A DNA stretch of 20,245 bases from Candidatus Acidiferrales bacterium (GTDB taxonomy: Bacteria > Vulcanimicrobiota > Vulcanimicrobiia > Vulcanimicrobiales > Vulcanimicrobiaceae): the NCBI GenBank assembly GCA_035503775.1, contig DATJTD010000209.1, positions 1 to 20,245 of the forward strand, in the 5' to 3' direction. A program made the translations under genes and the position numbers. Below the pieces are notes generated by a model. That model saw only the letters and a program-made list of their open reading frames with translations. It did not search any database and was not told the origin of the DNA. Position 1 is the stretch's first letter. Every line of letters starts with the position of its first letter. Shown piece by piece: positions 15,125-20,245 of the stretch.

Positions 15125-16096
15125 TCAGCGCCGGTAGCCACCGCCACGGTAACTGCGGTACCCTAACGCGGCGCGGCCATAATAGGGATGCCCCGACCAA
15201 CGCCAACCGGCATAGAAACGCGGCCAGAAGACCGGTGCATACGGGTACGGCGGGTAGAACACCACCGGGGCTGGTGCGACGATGACGTAGGCCGATGGAG
15301 CGTATTCGGGCACGGCATAACTGGGAAGGGCGTTGTCGGGCACAGCATAGCTAGGAAGCTGTTGATATGAGGGCGGCTCAGGCTGCGGCGCTTGCACCGG
15401 CGGAGGAAGCGGAGCTTCGGGTTGGGCCGGCTCTGGCGCTTGTGCGACCGGTCCCGGCGGGGTTGCATCGGCAATTCGATCGCGGTCGGCGTTCCACGAA
15501 TCGAAATCATCTGCGGCGATCTCGTCGAGGGTCTTGAAATGCGTGGTGTCGCCTGCTCCGCTTGCGGCGAAGGTGCTGCCGGGATCGAGTACTTGATCGA
15601 ATTTTCCCGCCGCGACGTACGTCCGTCCGGCGCGGACGGTGACTTGCGTCGAGTCGTCGTCGAGCACGCTGATACGATAGGCTCCCGCGTGAATCGGGTC
15701 GATCGTCAGCGACGGCGTCTGGATATCCGGATACGTCGCGGCGTCGTGCACGACGCGCAGTTCGATCGTGCCCTCGTCGACCACCAACGCACGGCTCTCG
15801 GTATCGATGTCGTCGAACCGAACCTGCGTATTCGAGCTCAGGCGCAGCATCACGTTCGAATCGAACTGGACCTCCGCCCGCCCATCGTGCGTGGTGAGGT
15901 AGTCGCCTGGAGCGAGCGACGTGTTGACGGTCACCGCCTCCGGCGTTCCATCGTCACCGTGTTGAAAATCGACGTTGCCGTCGACGGCGCTTACCTGCGC
16001 GGAGCCCGTCGACTGTGCGTGCGCCGGCGCTGCGGCAAATGAAAAGAGAAGCACCGGCAAAGCCAGCGCGACTCGACAAAGCATCGAACCGTTCAT
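15125..16096 (-). CDS. Secreted FecR-domain-like protein with a Pro/Tyr/Arg-rich C-terminal low-complexity tail
   Basis: ATG 16096 with GGAGG 8 nt upstream. Signal peptide MNGSMLCRVALALPVLLFSFAAAPAHA. The beta-rich segment GDYLTTHDGRAEVQFDSNVMLRLSSNTQVRF...LVVDEGTIELRV resembles a FecR domain. The tail is PSYAVP...YPPYPYAPVF...GYRSYRGGGYRR. Confidence 0.55.
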   Translation of the reverse strand: MNGSMLCRVALALPVLLFSFAAAPAHAQSTGSAQVSAVDGNVDFQHGDDGTPEAVTVNTSLAPGDYLTTHDGRAEVQFDSNVMLRLSSNTQVRFDDIDTESRALVVDEGTIELRVVHDAATYPDIQTPSLTIDPIHAGAYRISVLDDDSTQVTVRAGRTYVAAGKFDQVLDPGSTFAASGAGDTTHFKTLDEIAADDFDSWNADRDRIADATPPGPVAQAPEPAQPEAPLPPPVQAPQPEPPSYQQLPSYAVPDNALPSYAVPEYAPSAYVIVAPAPVVFYPPYPYAPVFWPRFYAGWRWSGHPYYGRAALGYRSYRGGGYRR

Positions 16097-16312
16097 CCTA
16101 GAGGCCTCCAGCCCGTTGGGGCTCACAACACGATTATCGACAGAAATGCTTGAAAACATCCTGGCCCCTGCCTACTTGAAACGCCCGGCGACCTTTGCTA
16201 CCCGCGTTCGCCGCCGCTCGATCCATAGCTGACGGCGACAAGAAATCGAAGATCTGCAAAAGTGCTGCTTTACGGCGGAGTGGAGGTAGGCGCAATGTAA
16301 GGAGACCCGGCC

Positions 16313-16984
16313 GTGTCCGAATCTGCGCCTGCGCCAAGTTCATTGCCGAGTCCGCCGGATCGATCGCGCGCGTCCGCATGGGCCCGGATCTCTGCGACGG
16401 TGCTCGGTTTTATCGCCGGATATGCCGACGCGACTGGTTACCTGCGTTGGCACGTGTTCGGCGCAAACATGACGGGCAATACCGTGATTTTCGTGCTTAC
16501 GCTGTTCGAGCACGGCAAGGACGTGATGACGCCGCTGGTGCCGATCGTCGCGTTCCTCTGCGGCGCGCTGATCGCCGGCGTCTTCCTCCTCTCTGCAAAA
16601 CCTGCGGTGCCGCTCTTACTCGAAGCCGCCCTGATCGTCGCCGCCGCATTCTCGCACGGCTTCGTGTTGCAACTCGGGTTCTTAGCTCTCGCAATGGGCA
16701 TGCAGAATAATGCTGTCTCCCGGTTCGACGGCGTTCGCGCGAACACGAGTTTCATCACGGGCGACTACACGCAGCTTGCGAAGGCGCTGGCGGGGCTCGC
16801 CTTAGGCCGTGCAAGCGCCGACGAGCGGCGTACGGTATCAATCGTTGCTCCGTTGATCTTTTGCTATGCTTTCGGCGCATGTGTAGCGGCAGTATGCGGC
16901 CGCTACACCGACCTATCGCTGCTTCTGACCGTCCCTCTCGTCCTTGGGCTGGCATATGTCGCGAGGCGCGGTGCGCTCGCCTAA
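16313..16984 (+). CDS. DUF1275 (YoaK-like) family membrane protein
   Basis: GFIAGYADATGYL...ANMTGNTV motif and multiple TM helices. GTG start, with AGGAGA 8 nt upstream. Confidence 0.7.
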   Translation: MSESAPAPSSLPSPPDRSRASAWARISATVLGFIAGYADATGYLRWHVFGANMTGNTVIFVLTLFEHGKDVMTPLVPIVAFLCGALIAGVFLLSAKPAVPLLLEAALIVAAAFSHGFVLQLGFLALAMGMQNNAVSRFDGVRANTSFITGDYTQLAKALAGLALGRASADERRTVSIVAPLIFCYAFGACVAAVCGRYTDLSLLLTVPLVLGLAYVARRGALA

Positions 16985-17006
16985 GGGACTGCTAGGGCGG
17001 CGCGGG

Positions 17007-17348
17007 TTAGCGGTGGAGGTGCGCTTGCCAGTCGCGCGGGACGCGCCCCCTCGGACCCGGGACGGGCTGGTCGGGCGGATGCGAATGCGGTGGCGCAAGC
17101 GACGGTCCGGCGAACATCTCGTCGGAACGGAAATCGTAAAACCAGTGTTCACCCGGCTCGAAGCTGGCGATGATCGGGTGATCGCTGTCGTGGACGTGTT
17201 TGCGGGCGTGCTGGCTTGGCGAGCTATCGCAGCACCCGATGTGCCCGCAGGAGGCACACCGGCGGAGGTGCAGCCACCAGCCGTTGGAGGAGAGGCATTC
17301 GACGCAGCCGTTCCCCGACGGCTTCGCGTGCGGATTGATCTCAGTCAC
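17007..17348 (-). CDS. UBP-type zinc-finger (zf-UBP) domain protein
   Basis: The Cys/His pattern CVECLSSNGWWLHLRRCASCGHIGCCDSS...HARKHVHDSDHP fits zf-UBP. GTG start, 6 nt after the upstream gene's stop. Confidence 0.55.
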   Translation of the reverse strand: MTEINPHAKPSGNGCVECLSSNGWWLHLRRCASCGHIGCCDSSPSQHARKHVHDSDHPIIASFEPGEHWFYDFRSDEMFAGPSLAPPHSHPPDQPVPGPRGRVPRDWQAHLHR

Positions 17349-17354
17349 GGCGCG

Positions 17355-17627
17355 TCAGCGCTGGGCGTCGGCTCGCACGATCGTCTTCGCGTCCTCGAGG
17401 ATCGCGCGGCGTTCGGGCGAGAGCTTGTGGCCGGCACGGTTCTCATAGAATGTCAGCTTCGCCATCGCGCGGCGTTCAATGGTTTCCGGCGCCCCATCGT
17501 CGCGCGCCGCATCGATGACGGCCTGCGCGATCTCTTGCGCCGATCCGGTCGCGAAGACTCCGCCGCCGACGTCGTGCCGATCGGTCGCGGTGACCTCGCT
17601 AGACCAGTACTGTGGGTGCTCGCTCAT
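17355..17627 (-). CDS. DUF3175-like small protein
   Basis: About 90 aa. YWSSEVT...MAKLTFYENRAGHKLSPERRAILEDAK matches my recollection of DUF3175. I chose ATG 17627 (GGTGAGG upstream) over GTG 17636. Confidence 0.45.
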   Translation of the reverse strand: MSEHPQYWSSEVTATDRHDVGGGVFATGSAQEIAQAVIDAARDDGAPETIERRAMAKLTFYENRAGHKLSPERRAILEDAKTIVRADAQR

Positions 17628-17866
17628 ACGCCTCACCTCGACATTCGCTTGCGCTGAGGCTCGATCTCTGCGCCGTGCGCCTTCCGCCCTCCCGCCACGA
17701 TCTGCCGGGAAGAACTACCGGCTTCGATGCCACTCCGATGCAACCTGGATGCGCTTACGCGTCTTCGCAGGGGCGCCGTCCGATCTGGAGCAATCGGATG
17801 CTAACCAGTTCGAAATTCGGCATGTGCTCACACAATTGAGTAGTCAAGGTTGGTTGTAAACAGGAC

Positions 17867-18829
17867 GTGAGGTCGCGAGGTTCGCTGCCCGCGGGAATTC
17901 GTGAGTTGGAAAACCGCGATCCGATCTTTCGCAGGCTCGTCACGCTCCTCGGTCCGCTGCACTACGTGCGGCCGAACGAGCACGGACACTTCGGTGCGCT
18001 GGTCCGATCGATCGTCTTTCAGCAACTCTCCGGCCTTGCCGCGCAGCGGATTTTCGAGCGCGTCATCGTCGCGGCGGACGGACGTTTGACGCCCGAATCG
18101 CTCGCAGACGCGTCGGACGCCGCGTTGCGCGCCGCCGGTTTATCGAAGGCGAAGCTCGCGGCGCTGCGCGATCTCGTCGCCAAGGTGCTCGACGGGGTGC
18201 TCGACCTGAGCACGATGCCGCGGCGAAGCGACGAGGAGATCGTCGCCGAGCTCGTCGCGGTTCGCGGCATCGGACGGTGGACCGCCGAGATGTACCTCAT
18301 GTTCGAACTGCGCCGGCTCGACGTCTGGCCCGTCGATGATCTCGGCGTGCGGCGAGGCTACGGCCTCATCTGGGATGTCGATCCCGCGCCGGCGCCGAAA
18401 GCGCTCGCGCCCCTGGGTGAGCGCTTTCGACCGTATCGCTCGATCGTCGCACGCTATTGTTGGAAGGCGCTCATCTTCGCGCGAGACGAGTCGATCGAAA
18501 GCCTGCAACGGGCGCTCGCGATCCGCGCCGGTGAAGAGACGGCACGGCCGCTGAACCTCCGAGCGCGGCGCATTCTCGAACGGGTGCGCGCGATTCCCCA
18601 TGGCTCCGTCCGAACCTACGGCGACATCGATCTCGGTGCGCCGCGCTTGGTGGGACGCGTCCTTGCAGCGGCGCCGCATGATGTTCCCTGGCATCGCGTC
18701 GTGCGCGCCGATGGCACCATGCCGCAGGGGCGGCGACAACGCAAGCGCCTTCGCGACGAGAACGTCCCGATGCGCGGCGATCGCGTCGACATGCGCGCGG
18801 CACGCGATCTCGCCCGTCCCTCTCGTTAA
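17867..18829 (+). CDS. Fusion protein: an N-terminal AlkA-like HhH-GPD DNA-3-methyladenine glycosylase II domain and a C-terminal alkyltransferase-like (ATL; MGMT DNA-binding fold with Trp replacing the catalytic Cys) domain.
   Basis: HhH-GPD motif [17 protein letters not shown] with the catalytic Asp in [12 protein letters not shown]-terminal segment [44 protein letters not shown]: the MGMT PCHRV motif reads PWHRV, with the Trp at 18689-18691. Confidence 0.75.
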   Translation: MRSRGSLPAGIRELENRDPIFRRLVTLLGPLHYVRPNEHGHFGALVRSIVFQQLSGLAAQRIFERVIVAADGRLTPESLADASDAALRAAGLSKAKLAALRDLVAKVLDGVLDLSTMPRRSDEEIVAELVAVRGIGRWTAEMYLMFELRRLDVWPVDDLGVRRGYGLIWDVDPAPAPKALAPLGERFRPYRSIVARYCWKALIFARDESIESLQRALAIRAGEETARPLNLRARRILERVRAIPHGSVRTYGDIDLGAPRLVGRVLAAAPHDVPWHRVVRADGTMPQGRRQRKRLRDENVPMRGDRVDMRAARDLARPSR

Positions 18830-18914
18830 GAAGCGCTGGGCCAGCCTCCGGCGATGCCCACGCGAACGTCGAGGGGACGTAAGGTATCCGGGTGCCGAGG
18901 TCAAAGCAGGTTCG

Positions 18915-20245
18915 ATGTCTTTGACGGCCGGTCGCGAGATTCGCGCGCCACGGGGGTCCACGCTTCGGGCGCGGTCGTGGCAGACTGAAGGCGCAATTCG
19001 CATGCTGATGAACAACCTCGATCCCGAGGTTGCCGAGCGGCCGCATGAGCTCGTCGTATACGGCGGGATTGGAAAGGCCGCCCGCAACTGGGAAGCGTTC
19101 GATCGCATCGTCGCGGCGTTGGAACGCCTCGAAGACGACCAGACGCTGGCGATTCAATCGGGGAAACCGGTCGGCGTCTTTCGGACGCATCCGGACGCGC
19201 CGCGCGTCGTCATCGCGAACTCGAATCTCGTGCCGCACTGGGCAACGTGGGAGACGTTCCACGAGCTCGACCGCAAGGGCTTGATGATGTTCGGGCAGAT
19301 GACCGCCGGCTCGTGGATATACATCGGCTCGCAGGGTATCGTGCAGGGAACGTACGAGACGTTCGTCGAGATGGGACGTCGCCACTACGGGGGCGATCTG
19401 CGCGGACGATGGATTTTGACCGCAGGCCTGGGCGGAATGGGTGGCGCGCAACCGCTCGCGGCAACGATGGCCGGTGCCTCATTGCTTGCCGTCGAGTGCG
19501 ATCCGACGCGCATCGCCAAACGTTTGGAGACCGGCTACCTCGATCGTGAAGCCGCCTCGCTCGACGAAGCGCTGACGTTACTCGATACCGCTCGAACGCG
19601 CGGCGCACCAATCTCCCTCGGCCTCCTCGGAAACGCCGCCGAGATCGTGCCCGAACTTTGGCGTCGTGGCATTCGGCCCGACGCGGTCACCGACCAAACC
19701 TCGGCGCACGATCCCATCAATGGATATCTTCCGATCGGATGGACGCTCGACCAGTGGCATCGCCGTCGCGCAGAAGACCCCGCGGCCGTCGCGGAGGCGG
19801 CGAAGCGTTCCATGGTTGCGCACGTCGCGGCAATGGTTGCGTTTCACCGAGCCGGCGTTCCGACGTTCGATTATGGGAACAACCTGCGCCAAATGGCATA
19901 CGACGAGGGCCTGACCGACGCATTTGCGTTCCCCGGGTTCGTCCCCGCGTACATTCGTCCGCTCTTCTGCCGCGGGATCGGGCCGTTCCGTTGGGTTGCA
20001 CTCTCAGGAGACCCCGACGACATTCGCAAGACGGACGAAAAAGTCAAAGAGCTTCTGCCCGACGATCGGCAGCTACATCGCTGGCTCGATATGGCCGCGG
20101 CGCGCATCCGGTTTCAGGGCCTCCCTGCGCGCATCTGCTGGATCGGACTTGGCGATCGCGATCGCGTTGGTCTGGCTTTCAACGAGATGGTCGCGCGTGG
20201 AGAACTGCGGGCGCCAATTGTCATCGGCCGCGATCACCTCGACAG
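18915..20245 (+). CDS. hutU: Urocanate hydratase, 3'-truncated by the window edge
   Basis: Translation from ATG 18915 gives [56 protein letters not shown]...[24 protein letters not shown]...TDQTSAHDP...[20 protein letters not shown]...GRDHLD. This is near-identical in pattern to urocanases I know, such as B. subtilis HutU. The frame is open to the end of the window. The ORF is absent from the provided track because it lacks a stop in the window. Confidence 0.9.
   Translation, partial: MSLTAGREIRAPRGSTLRARSWQTEGAIRMLMNNLDPEVAERPHELVVYGGIGKAARNWEAFDRIVAALERLEDDQTLAIQSGKPVGVFRTHPDAPRVVIANSNLVPHWATWETFHELDRKGLMMFGQMTAGSWIYIGSQGIVQGTYETFVEMGRRHYGGDLRGRWILTAGLGGMGGAQPLAATMAGASLLAVECDPTRIAKRLETGYLDREAASLDEALTLLDTARTRGAPISLGLLGNAAEIVPELWRRGIRPDAVTDQTSAHDPINGYLPIGWTLDQWHRRRAEDPAAVAEAAKRSMVAHVAAMVAFHRAGVPTFDYGNNLRQMAYDEGLTDAFAFPGFVPAYIRPLFCRGIGPFRWVALSGDPDDIRKTDEKVKELLPDDRQLHRWLDMAAARIRFQGLPARICWIGLGDRDRVGLAFNEMVARGELRAPIVIGRDHLD

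Noticed and set aside
15392-16042. 216-aa plus-strand ORF
   Set aside because: It is antisense to the secreted FecR-domain gene, which has an SD, a signal peptide and domain similarity.
17800-17835. tRNA-like T-loop resemblance (AGTTCGAAATTCGG)
   Set aside because: No acceptor stem, no anticodon arm and no cloverleaf could be built around it.
18140-19451. Two ~320-aa minus-strand ORFs (18140..19108 and 18471..19451)
   Set aside because: They are antisense to the well-supported AlkA-ATL and hutU genes. They are Arg/Ala-rich with no motifs, typical GC artefacts.

Overview
This window is a high-GC bacterial chromosomal segment of about 20 kb; by eye roughly two thirds of the bases are G or C. 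It carries recognisable housekeeping genes: apt and a bifunctional RelA/SpoT-family rel gene (5581..7764, called from the HD motif ILHDVVEDT, synthetase, TGS and ACT regions), separated by an intrinsic terminator; rpsF then ssb; and a 5'-partial hutU at the right edge. Accessory and poorly characterised genes are interleaved with these: a SoxG-like gene, a GNAT acetyltransferase, a clostripain (C11) family peptidase, an SPFH/band-7 protein, a convergently overlapping Uma2 endonuclease, a DUF1275 membrane protein, a zf-UBP plus DUF3175 pair, a secreted FecR-domain protein, and an AlkA-type glycosylase fused to an alkyltransferase-like (ATL) domain. The most striking region is 10.49-15.1 kb, directly downstream of ssb, where rpsR and rplI would normally follow. 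It contains a 104-aa coiled-coil protein built on 21-bp tandem repeats, then a visibly A/T-richer 3.4-kb gene for a 1145-aa Upf1/DNA2-like SF1B helicase with an unassigned ~310-aa N-terminal domain and a ~480-aa coiled-coil insertion inside the ATPase core, then a ~590-bp non-coding gap. I interpret this as a horizontally acquired island, possibly a single-protein or two-gene defence system, that has not been characterised. Smaller points are a perfect Gram-positive/actinobacterial-type LexA box (CGAAC-N4-GTTCG) in an A/T-richer intergenic region flanked by repeated hairpin motifs, a secreted-protein gene split by an in-frame TAA after its signal peptide, and a small secreted Tyr/Arg-repeat peptide encoded over a ~51-bp tandem DNA duplication. 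I found no rRNA, tRNA or CRISPR. Many long ORFs in the track are antisense artefacts of the high GC content and I ignored them.
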